Below, one piece after another: positions 50,073-60,918 of a stretch of 64,000 bases of DNA. Source of the stretch: Raillietiella orientalis (Eukaryota). The notes under the pieces are model-generated. The model worked only from the letters and a program-made list of their open reading frames with translations, had not been told where the DNA came from and did no database searches. Location: NCBI GenBank assembly GCA_036172245.1, contig JAYWIR010000087.1, positions 124,001-188,000 on the forward strand, read 5' to 3'. Positions within the stretch are counted from its first letter, which is position 1. Every line of letters begins with the position of its first letter. The position numbers were made by a program, and so were the translations under genes.

Positions 50073-51731
50073 TTATGGCTGGGAAAGTGGCGCCGCGGCA
50101 CCTGCCGCGGGGCAGGTGTACGGAAGGTCCATCGGTACGAGGACCATCGGAACGAGGACGGAAGCCTCTTCAGGCGCCTGGGGTACCTGTTCGGCCTCCA
50201 TCCTCACCATCCCCTCTGTGTCCGAGCGTGGAATTCTCTCGGGCGACGGATCCCGGGAGTTTCCCACGCTCATGGCACCCTCGCTACCGGAAGCCATCTC
50301 TTCCCCTTCGTCGTGGTAGACGATCTTCCGGGGCATTGTGGACTTTCGTCCTGCCTTTTTGCGGGGTGCCGCGGAGATGGATGCTGTGTTTCCGGCCTTC
50401 ACCTCGGGGTCGGAAGTGGCCGACTCCTGAGGGGAAGCCGGACGCCTGACGGCCCTCTTGCCAGCCTTGGGGGCAACCGGCTGCAGCGAGGCAGCCAGCT
50501 CCTCCGCGGCGCGCTCGAAGGCGACGTCATCGAACGTGTGCTCGATGACGGTCGCCGCCGCCTCGCTCCCCTCCTTGGTGACTTTGTCAAAGGAGGGTTG
50601 AGCAGGGGCAGCAGCGAGTTCTTTAGCGCCGCATCCGTCGATGGCGGGAATCCGCTCTACAACGACGCAGCAGCTTTTAATTTTTTCGCGGCGCAGAGCG
50701 GTTTCGCTCCGTTTCGCCACGTTCTTTCCCTTCTTATCGGAGTTTTTCTTGAGGTCGACCTTCTGCCACCCTGGCTCTTGACCCGCGCCCTCGACCTTTT
50801 TGGCGTTTTTCGTCGAAGTGTCGGGGCTGGCCTTCGCCTTGGTGGCGGAGGTGACCTCCTTAGCAGCAGCACGAGTTGCCAGCTTCTTTCTCTTTTTTGC
50901 CGCGCGCTTTCTCGCGTTTTTCGCGGACACGACGCGGACTGTGTTTTGGGGGCACACCAGACGGGTGTGCCCCGCTTGTTTGCATTGCTGGCACTGTACG
51001 CTCGGACACCTCACTTTAAGGTGACCAAAGCTGCTGCCGCAGCCGCAAAACTTGGGTTTCTCCACGTACCACACGTCAACGGATTCACCGTTGACGGTGA
51101 GTTTGTGGGGAATCTTACATCCCTCGCAAACCGTCACTCGCGCTGCACTCAGGCCGCCAAGCATCCCGTCGTAATCGACAAAAGGAGTAGGCTTGCCCCA
51201 CAGCGCGTGGACAGTTGCGAATTTTTCCAGTTTGTTCCGGACGGCCTCCTCCGTCATCCGGAACGTGATACCGGTCAGGTGAATGATCACCGACCGGTCT
51301 TCTGTTATTGGGAGAAGCCTCCGGCTGCCCATACTTACGGAGGTTCGCAGAAGTCTCTGCGCAAGAGTTGCCTCCTTGCAGATAACTTCCACAAATTGAC
51401 CTTCGCTTCTGACGGACATAGCCAGAAGCTCCTCTTTTTGTACACCGAGAGCGCGCATCGCCTGCGAAAAGGCGCGCGCGTTCTAGGGAGAATATAAACC
51501 GCCTACCTTATATAGAAGGGGTGGGTTATACCCCTCCTCCAGGTAAGCGCGCATTTCCGCCATAGCCGCTGGCGTAGGTGCCGAAGCCACGGCGTTCCAA
51601 GCCCTGGGTAGGGCCGGGGGCGCATCCGTGCTGGCGGGAGCCTCCACTGATGCGGGAGCCCCCACCTCCATCTCCTCCGGGGGCAATGAGGTCATCACTC
51701 CCGGATCCTCACCGGTGGTGGTATCAGGCAT
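50073..51731 (-). pseudogene. ORF1 gag-like protein of layer 3, one premature stop
   Basis: ORFs 51483-51731 and 50073-51458 are in the same frame. They include GYNPPLLYKVG and CQQCKQAGHTRLVC. Confidence 0.85.
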
Positions 51732-54700
51732 TGCTGCCTAATCCTCCACCCACACCACGCACAAGCACCAACGGAAATATAACTCAGCAGCAACGAAAAG
51801 ACACGTCCGCTCGACGCTCCGGAATCTCCAGGACTGGGACCTTCTTAAGGAATCGGTCAGGGAGTACTGTGAGTAGTTCCGTCTGGATCGCCTGCCCCCG
51901 GATTCGGCGTAGGTGCTCGCAACCATCGGGCTTATTTACAGGCTCGTAGGTACGAGAGAACCCCTAATGTCCGTCGCCTGGCAGAGCACCGCGCCGGGAC
52001 CGAAAGCCAAGCCTGGCAATCCGGGTCGGCCAGCTTGCTGGACGACCAGGGCCGCGAATGTTCGTCCCCGGCGTCGGTATGGCATCTTGTGCGGAGTTTT
52101 CAATTCTATCTTTACGCCAGGGAGCTCTCGGATACAAACGCCTCTCGGCGCATGCTTTCGGATGGCGTCCCGGCAATAGAGGTGAAGGAGATGGAAAGCC
52201 TCGAAGATCCTTTTACCACCGGCGAGATTCTCGCCGGTATCAAAACGCTCAAGAGACGTAAAGCTCCAGGGGAAGACGGCTTGCCCGCGGAGTTCTTTCA
52301 GAGCTTCGCGGAAGAGCTGGCACCCCTGCTTCTTAAGTTGATCAGGCTGATCCGAGACGAAGGAGATGTTCCCGCCTCGTTTTGTTCAGCCAGAGTGAGG
52401 CTCCTTCCGAAAGGGGTAGACCTCAGGGATTTAAAGAACTGGCGTCCGATCACGATCGTGAATACGGACGCCAAGTTGATAGCAGGGCTATGGGCTTCGC
52501 GTCTGGGGCAGGTAGCACAATCCGTAATCAGCCCGGAGCAGACTTATGCTGTTCCCGGGCAAAGTATGGATGCCAACCTCTTCTTCGCAAGCATATGGGT
52601 GCACCAGCAGAGAAGAGAAAAGAAAGGGATAGGGAAAGTCGGCAACCCAACATTGGGGCCGCCAGCCGGGCTGGGAAGGGAACCCGGGCGGGAAAGGGGG
52701 CTCTTGCGCTCGCAGTCGACCTCCACAAAGCGTTCGACTGTGTAGACCAGGAACTCCTCTTGGAGCTCCTGGGTCGCTTGGGCTTCCCACCCTCCCTTAT
52801 TTCCTACCTGCGCTCTTGCTGGCGGAATGCGATGAGTACCGTCTCTTTCAGCAGCCAAAAGGTGTATGGCGTGCCGGTGCAGCGGGGCATAAGGCAGGGC
52901 GATAGCCTCAGCCCCCTGCTCTTCAGCACCTACTCTGTGTTGGTGCTGAGAGTGTACAGAGTGACTTTAGCCCCATTGCCGAGCTCGTGCCCCGGCACGC
53001 CCGCCGTATCAGCGTACGCCGACGATCTTCTGCTTTTGTTCCCAATATCCACTTCGGCAAAGGCGGACGGAGACTTTTCGATCTGCTCAGCCGCGGGACC
53101 GGACTGCAGGTTAACAGGGCGAAGTCGTCGGTTGTGCCAATAGGTGCGGCGTGGGCAGGGCAGCAGGAGTGGGTCCGTCTGGGAATCCCCACGGCGAGGT
53201 GCTGCAAGTACCTTGGTGTGCCGTTGCGGGAATACTCCCCTGCGAAAGCGTGGTCCAGCTGCCTCGAAAAAGTCGAGACGGCGATCGGCCCGTTTCTGGA
53301 AGGCAAGTTTCACTTGCCGGAACGGGCCGCGGTTTGGAACGCCTTCGCTGCCTCCATCCTCTGCCCCTTGCTTTTTGTTTGCTCCCCCACAGTGGAATCC
53401 AAGAAGAGGACAAAGGACCTCCTCCGTATCGCCATTTGGGGAAAGGGGAGGCCCCGAGTCCCACTAAAGGACTTGTGCGCTCCGCGTCGAGACGGCGGTC
53501 TTGGCCTCCTGACGCTGGTGCGCGTAGAGAAGCAGCTGTGGTGGCGAACCCTCGCCATCGCAGCGATGATGTGGAGCACCCCTTGGTGCACTCCGGCCCG
53601 CCTCCTGGCCAGCCGTGTGTCCCGGTGTGATGGACTCGCGTCTTTTCTTCTGAGCCGTAGCCGGAAGATGCTAAGATGCGGCCAACTGCTCGGGCGCATG
53701 GCAACATTGGCCAAGGAGAACAGCTGGATGGTTTGCTGCAACGCCAACTCCCCCGCCTTGCTGGAGGAGAATATTGGAACGTGGGCAGTAGTTAACCAGA
53801 GAAGTAACGAGACGTGGAATCGTCTCCGATGCAGGCCCTACGCCCGCTGCACGCTGCTGAATCTCCTAGAGAGTCCAGCAAGAAGCACGTCCGCAGAGAC
53901 GACCTGCCTAGCTACGGCGCTGCCCTTCCTAAGGAGGGCACTTCACAGCACCCGGACGCCAATGTGGCAAGTCTCCTGCTGCATCGTGGGACGCGAGAAG
54001 TTGATCAGCGGCTGGACAACAGGAGAAATGGCCCAAGCCACGACCCCGAGCGTCCAGCCGCGAGGATTATTAAGATGGGGCGAGCTGCTCGCCATCCCCA
54101 GGGATGAGCTGAAGTGGCCCCCTATGATAAAAGAATCCAGGATCCTGCCCCTTAAGTGGCAAGAGTCGGCGTTGCTTTTGTTGCACTGGGGTCTACCCTG
54201 CAACGCGCGCCGCTTCCACTGGACGAGGGGAGCTGTGGATCCTGCGTGTGCCAGGTGCGGTTAGCGTGAGTCGCTTCCCCACCTTATTGTGGATTGTGCT
54301 GCCCTCCGACCCCTTTGGGAACGGTTCGGGAGGACCCTAGAGCTCCCTACAGGCAGCAACCCCAGAGACGTTCTTCGGCCCCTCTTCGTGAAGGACGCAC
54401 TGCAGCCAGCCGCAGCCATCGCAGCCTTGTGCTGCGTCCGTGGCATCGTGGCGGCATGGAGCGACGCCAACCACGAAGGAGTGGGTCCACAGGCGAGGGA
54501 TGTCATCCCGTATGCCCAACGCTTCTTGCGAAGAGCTGCCGGATGGCCCCAACTGGGGAATATGCAGACTGACCTCGAGGGCATCGTTCGACGGATCGGC
54601 CCTCCCACAGCGACCAATGATCCCTTCCCTGCCCTCCAACTTCTTTTTGTTTGTTTCTTTGTATTTTACTTTTTGTCTTATCTCCATCCCCCTTTGCTGT

Positions 54701-57700
54701 GGGGAAGTGCCACGCCGGGCTGTGTCCCGGTGTCCCGACAGGTCGCGTGTTTACGGCCGTGGTGGGGCTCGTACCACGCATGTAGAGTTTACAAAGAAAC
54801 GCCCCGGGCGTACCCGGGTGACAACGCCGAATTCCCGGGGCAGACGTTGCACTGGGAAGTGTTCGCAGAACTTCCGGACTCAGTCCTTAAATAGGTCCCA
54901 ATGTGCGAGACTCTGGAGGGTGACGCCTAGCAGGAATTCGCAAAGATGTTCTTTCGCTCCTGACAGGCGCGTCCAGTCTCCTGGCATACGCCAATCCCTG
55001 GATGGCGGTCCCTTGTCGCGCGGGTGCATCTCGAATAATAACCGCGAATCGTCCGACAGCGTCGATCCAAGTGTCCCTCGTTTTCCGACCCGTGTGCACA
55101 GGTCTTCGTCGAGGAAGACGTGGTCCACGCTGTTGACCATCCCGCTTATTTCTGTCAACAAGTTGCGCGCGCGCATGGCGGCGCACAACTTGTTGATCGC
55201 GTTCCCCTGTGCTCCGGGCTGATCTGAGAGCAGACGGACGTTGAAATCCCCTGCTATCAGATGCGCCTTTCGCACGTCCGCGTCCACCAGCCATTCGCGC
55301 TTTAAGGTTTTCAGTAACGCGTTGCGCTACTGGTATTCCTGTTTACCGCTAGGAGCGTACACATTGGTGACGATGAGGTCGATCGAATCGGACCATCTGA
55401 GAATCAGTTGGCCGATCCGTCTGTCGTCCCCAAAGCGCACGTCCTTCACGGCCGCGTTAATGGCTGGCTTTAGGAAGAACGCGACCCCACAAGTGTTGCG
55501 GGCGCCGCATCGCCAGTACAACCGCCCTTCTGCGATCGTTTCGATCTCCTGGGCATCTTTTGCGGTGATCACGTGGATCTCCTGCAAAAGCACAGGGTCG
55601 AAATCTCGCAAGGTGGCGGCTGTATCTCGTCTGTTTCCGTCGTCGCGCAGCCCGTTAACATTCCAATTGGCCGCGCGGATCCGACGGTGACAGGAGAGTC
55701 CGGCTTCCGGCGAAGGGCTGAGGAACGATTGGGCATACCACCAAGCCCTCGTTACTCTAGGACTTCCGACGTTTGAGGCCTGGCTGAGTATAAAGCTGGG
55801 GTTGAGCCACAGACCTTACAATCAAGGTCGGCCAGCTTGCCGGACGCCCAAGGCCAGGAATGCTCAGCTCCGGCGAAAATTAACCGCATCCTGCGGGACT
55901 ATTACTCCTCCTTGTACGCGAGTAGAGCAACAGAGCGCGTTGTGGCGCAGCGCTTGCTGCCGCAAGGCGCCCCCGCGCTACAGGAGGAGCAGGCACATTA
56001 CTCGAGGAGCCTTTCTTGAAGGCAAAGATCGTCTTCGCCATCGGAAAGCTCAGAAAGAGGAAAGCACCTGGGGAAGACGGTCTGCATGCGGAGTTCTACG
56101 AAGGCTTCGTGGCATAGCTGGCCCCCCTGGTGCATCGGCTTTGCATGCTGATCCGAGAACAAGGGGACGTCCCCAAATCGTTCCGGTCAGCTAGAGTACG
56201 TCTCCTGCCGAAACGAGGAGACAATCGCAACGTAGGCAACTGCGTCTCATCACAGTAGTGAATGCGGATGCAAAGTTGCTTGCCAAGCTTTGGGCTGAGC
56301 GACTGGGAAGGTTGGCGGAATTCTTAGTGAGTCCGGAGCACACATACGCTGATCCCGGACGAAGCATTCAGGCCAACCTGTTCCTCCCCTGTACATGGTG
56401 GCAGTTGCCACAAAGCGAAGACCAGGGAGGTCAAGAGAATCCAGGATTCTCCTCTGACCAGAAAAGGGACGCCCTTCATGGAAGAGCCGCGCTCGGTTCC
56501 CTTGCGGTCGCAGTCGATCTGCGTAAAGCGTTCGATTGCGTCGACCAGGAACTGCTTCTGGAGCTCCTGGAACGCTTGGGATTCATGGCTGTCTTTTGGG
56601 CTCAGCTGCGCTCCTGCTGCGCTTCGCTTTAATAAACATCTGTTTTAGCGGCCGGCACGTGTACGGCGTGCCGGTTTGGCGTGGCATAAGGCAGGGGGAC
56701 AGTCTGATCCCCGTGCTCTTCAGCATCTACTTCGAGCTGGTTCTGAGGGCATCCAGGAAGACTCTGGCAACCCTGCCGAGCTCGTGTCCCGGCACGTCTG
56801 CCGTGTCGGCTTACGCCGACGACCTTCTTCTCCTCCTCCCCGGGTCCATTGCGGCGTCGGCGCTCGAAGATTTCTTTGAGTTGCTGCGCCGCGGGACGGA
56901 CCTCGAGGTAAACAGAGAGAAATCTTCCATCGTTCCAACATCACCACTACTTTTAAACAATACGGCGTGGGCCGGACGGCCGGACTGGATTTGCTTGAAG
57001 ATCCCCACGGGCAGGTGCTTCAAGTATCTTGGCGTTCCCTTGGGGGACTTCTGCGTTGCAGAAGGCTGGTCCGACCGTCTCCAAAAGGTGGAGTTGGCGA
57101 TCGACCCGTTCCGGAACGGCAAATTTTACTTGCAGGAGCAGGCCGCGGTGTGGAACGCGTTCGCGGGCCCCCTCCTTCGCCCCTTAATTTTTGTTTGCCC
57201 CGCCCCTCCCATCATACAGACACGGAACGAAGCCTTCTCGAGGACTGCCCTTTGGGGCACAGCGAGGTCGCGAGTCCGATTGAAGGACTTGTGCGCTCCA
57301 CGCAGGGATGGTGCCTTGGGCCTGCTTACGTTGGAGCGCATTAAACTACAAACAACACTTCGAAAGTTAGCCCCTGCGGATAGCTTATGGATGATGCCAT
57401 GGTGCGATCCGGCACGGCTCCTTGCCAGATGGGCGACCTGGTGCGAAGGATTGCCCTCGATCCTCGTGGCCTACCAGCGCAGCCTCTCGAACTGTGGCCC
57501 TGATTTGCGCCATATGGTCGCCCTGATGAGGGAGAATACCTGGATCTCCTGCATCCCCGCGAACTCCACTGCCTGGCTTCAGGAGTCAGCTTCCGCATGG
57601 GCTAAGATCAACGGCACGAGCGAGGGGGAATACAACTGCCTACGACGAAGACCGTACGCTCGACAGCCGCTGCAGGAGATTATCAACACGTTCCGGAAGT

Positions 57701-58684
57701 TTCTATGGGCTTCTTTTCGCCCCCTTGCCCCCGTTCTGTCGTCCTTAAAAAACACTAGGAGCAGCAACGAGCGGGCATCGTGGGAAGTGACCTGCCTCAT
57801 ACAAGGCATGAAAAAACCTTTAAAGGCGTGGACGACTCGGGAGCTCACGGACGCTGCCACTTCGAACGTCTCGCCTCACGGACTTGCGCGCTGAGGAGAG
57901 CTGCTCGCAATACGTCTGGAGGCGGAAAAGTAGCCCCAAGCGTGTCGGGATTGTGGCACACTTCCCTAGAAGTGGCAGGAGAAGACGTTGCTATTTCTGC
58001 ACTGGGGACTGCTATGCAGAGCACGCCTGTCTTAGTGGACACTGAGAATGTGGATGCCCGCTGTGTCGAATGCGTTAAAAGAGGAACCTTCTTGCATCTC
58101 ACCCTCGAGTATGTCGCCCTGGATTGATTCTGGAGTCGAATTGCCCCAATCCTCCATCTTGAAGTAGGCGACCCTAAGGAAATTTTCCGTCGCCTCTTTC
58201 TGCGTGACGGCCTGCGCCCCGCTGCGTCTCTAGCAGTCCTCTGCTGCGTGCGCGGCATTGTGCAAAGGTGGCACGCAAGAAGAAGAGGCCCAGGATGCAA
58301 GGACGCCATGCACTAAACAAGGATCTCTTTGGAGACGGCGACAAGGTGGCGTCTACTCTTCACAGTGAAAGCAGAACTTGTCTGAATCCTAAATAGGATG
58401 CGAAGGACTGAACCAGGCGTTTAGTGATCCCTTTCCTACACCTTACCTCCTAATAGAACTGTTTTCCACCCGGTTATCTCTCTTTTTGTTTGTTTTCGTT
58501 CTAGTTTTTCCTTCCCATGCGCCTCGGGAATGGATCTAACCGTTCTTTGCACCGGCAATCGACACGTCAAGCAAGGTGGGAGAACTCAGTGCTTCCTTAG
58601 AGAATACATTTTTTTTAAGAGTTCATTATGTAAGTTTTGTTAAAAATTATTATAATAAATGTCCCGGCATATCCGGCTGACAAA

Positions 58685-58890
58685 CGGCGAACGCAATTAT
58701 TGTGCGCTCCGTGGATAAACAGTTTTTTCTCTGGTGTTTCTTGTGTGTTTCGCGTCCGTTGACAGGCAGAAATGCCTGTGAACGCCGCAGTTTCAGGTGA
58801 GAAAGGCGAGAAGACCGCGTCTCCCAAGCCAAAGGAGGTGGGATCACGCCACACCACTACTTTTGAACCTTCCTTAGCCACTACGGTGTC
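58685..58890 (+). mobile_element. Short 5' UTR and ORF1-start fragment, near copy of 22935-23135 in reverse
   Basis: GGCGAACGCAATTATTGTGCGCTCCGTGGATA..ATGCCTGTGAACGCCGCAG matches the 5' end of the family C element at 23135. Confidence 0.8.
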
Positions 58891-60909
58891 TCGAGCTCCT
58901 GGGCGTCTGCCGCGGTGATCACCTGGATCTCCTGCAGCGGAGCCAGGTCGAGCTAACGCAGGTAGTCGGCACTATCTCGCCTGTTACCGTCGTCGCACAA
59001 CCGGTTGACGTTCCAACAGGCGGCGCGAATCCGACGGCAACTGGCGAGCCTTGGTGTTACTCCTGGAAAGATGGCGATGCGGCGTCCGACATTTTTTGGG
59101 ACGGAACGCTAGGTCGAGGAGGAGGGTCAGGCGCTGAGTGCACCTGGTCCCCCTCCTCCATGGGTAACGGCTCGACAAGCGGGTCACCCTCAGGTGGGGT
59201 CGCGCCTACCTGTTGGCATCCCTCCATGGGGGCGGGTTGTTCAGGCTCGGCGACTGCAGGGAGGACTTCGCATCATGCTCACTCTACTCCATGGGGGTGG
59301 CCGACTCGACGGCTCCCGAGCGTGGGAGTTCTCGCTCCGCGAATCCCACGCTTGCGCTACCTTCTTGCTTCTCCTCATCGCCGGCTGAGGGGAGGCACCT
59401 CGTGAGTTTCTAGGAGTTGCGTCACGACTTTCAGGGGGCTGCCTTCGAGGTGGAGGATGCACTTCCGGTTCCCAGGTCGAACTCACCTTCGGGGGCCTTC
59501 TTAGGCGGAGCCGGCCTTCGCACGGTCTTGCGCGAGGAGGTCTCACGCTCGGTCAGCGGGGCCGCGAGCTCCTACGCCGCCTGCGCGAAAGCGGCGTCCA
59601 CGGCTTCGACCGTCGCTAATTCGCGCGGCTCACCCTCTGTGTAAACAGAGGGTTCGCCGTCGCAAACATCGGGCGCGGCGGAACCGGCGCGGGTAGGCTC
59701 GTCACCCGGGTGGCAGTCTCGAGAAAGGCTATGCGTTCCAGTGCCACTGTACATTCCCGCATGGTCTTGGAGCGCGGCTCAGGTTTTTCCGCCTTGCCAG
59801 CTGTCTTTTTTACCGGTTTCGCGGTTTCCGCGGGGCGCACCTTTTTTTCCGTTCTGGCGTTTACCAGCTCTTAGCCGTCCTGGACTCCCGCTTCTTCTTA
59901 AGGTTTTTCTTCCGAAGCCTGTGTGGGAGGAAAGGATGCTCGTGGCTGCTGCCGGCCAGTACCTCGTTTTGGTTTTCGAACAATTTACCGCGTTTTGCCT
60001 GCGCTTTCTTTGCGGCAGACGAAACGAAAGGGGGCGTTTAGGAAACACGCGGCGCACGTGGCCCTTCTCCCCGCATAAGTAACACACAATGTTCGGACAC
60101 CTCCTACAAAGGTGTCTACTGCATTGCAGTAGCCACAAAAGCAAGGTTTCTGCACGAAGGAGAGGTCTACGACTTCTTCATTGACCTCGAGGTTGCGGGG
60201 AAGCCCACTATCCTTCTTTACGGTCACACGCGCGGCAGCCTGCTTTCCGAAAAGGCTATCGTAGCCATCGAAGATTGTGGCTTTCGGTCATAGCGCGCGT
60301 ACTTCGCCGTATTTTCTGAGCTGATCACCAACCGCAGACCGCGTCATGCGGCTTGTGATCCCAGTAAGATGGATCACTACGGAGCGGTCCATCGTGACAT
60401 GCAGGATCTTGCGTCCGTCCACGTTCAGCGAAGAAGTAATCAAGCTTTTCGCCAATGTGATGTCCTTGCAGACATCCTCGATGCGCTGACCCCGCTGACA
60501 ACGGATAGACCGTCAAGATTCTTCTCTAACACGTTGGCGTTCTGCAGCGCCTTCGAAAAATCGCCTGCAGTTTGTCCGCCAAAGAGATTGCCTACCTGGT
60601 ACACCAGGCTGGGCTTGTATCCAGCTGTCCAATAGGCTGCCATCTCGGCCATGGTTTCCGCGCTCGACGCGGCCACCATGGCGCTCCAGCTCCTCGCCTT
60701 GAGAGGCGAGGGCGATTCCGGGCCGGACGCCCCTGATTCTGTAGGCTGTGGGGGTGGGCAATCCTCTTCCACACCTACATCCATCGTGGTGTCCTAAGGA
60801 ATCGCTGCCATCGAACAACAACCAAGTTCCCCACCAAAAACAGCACAAAAAAAACCGCTTCCTGTCGACACACTGGGGAGCGGAGGAAGAGCACGTCCGC
60901 TCGCCACAG
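58891..60909 (-). mobile_element. 5' part of family A element (5' UTR, ORF1, EN start), degenerate, similar to 1-1620
   Basis: 5' CTGTGGCGAGCGGACGTGCT, GYKPSLVYQVG, TAACA at 59055-59059, and WNVN..LQEIQV. Confidence 0.85.
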
Positions 60910-60918
60910 GTTTCAACG

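Larger units (their letters stand above)
40317..51813 (-). mobile_element. Nest layer 3: full-length element (family D, C-like ORF1) split into 49910-51813 and 40317-43961
   Basis: TSD ACGCTACGGAATCTCCA (40300-40316) / ACGCTCCGGAATCTCCA (51814-51830), 16 of 17 identical. It has 5' GAGCGGACGTGT, ORF1 50073-51731, TAATG at 50071-50075, and 3' AATAAACGTCCCGGCGCACCCGGGTTTCAA. Confidence 0.88.
37541..54824 (+). mobile_element. Nest layer 2: full-length family A element split into 37541-40316 and 51814-54824
   Basis: TSD CACCGAATTCCCG (37528-37540) / CGCCGAATTCCCG (54825-54837), 12 of 13 identical. It has 5' CTGTGGAGGAAGGACGTG, ORF1 37769-39514, EN 39514-40316, RT 52035-54264, and 3' hairpin CCCGGG-CGTA-CCCGGG. 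Confidence 0.9.
34611..55700 (-). mobile_element. Nest layer 1: 5'-truncated family A element split into 54825-55700 (EN) and 34611-37540 (RT and 3' UTR)
   Basis: EN 54880-55690 ends RLPREFG and the RT part resumes at REFGEG (37540). The 3' end is AATAAACGCCCTGGGCGTACCCCGGTGACA (34611-34640). Confidence 0.8.
33731..58684 (+). mobile_element. Nest layer 0: family C element split into ~33731-34610 and ~55702-58684
   Basis: The left piece has the ORF1 tail and EN (34063-34610), ending FRGFG. The right piece resumes GFGEGLRN with RT 56258-57894 (YADD) and ends AATAAATGTCCCGGCATATCCGGCTGACAAA. Pairing of the two pieces is inferred from GGTTTCGGCG (34600-34609) vs GGCTTCCGGCG (55702-55712). Confidence 0.7.

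Noticed and set aside
49971..51497. Long antisense or alternative-frame ORFs (also 44877-46046, 40750-42162, 35421-36284)
   Set aside because: They are shadows of GC-rich ORF1/ORF2 with no recognisable motifs and are not conserved between copies.
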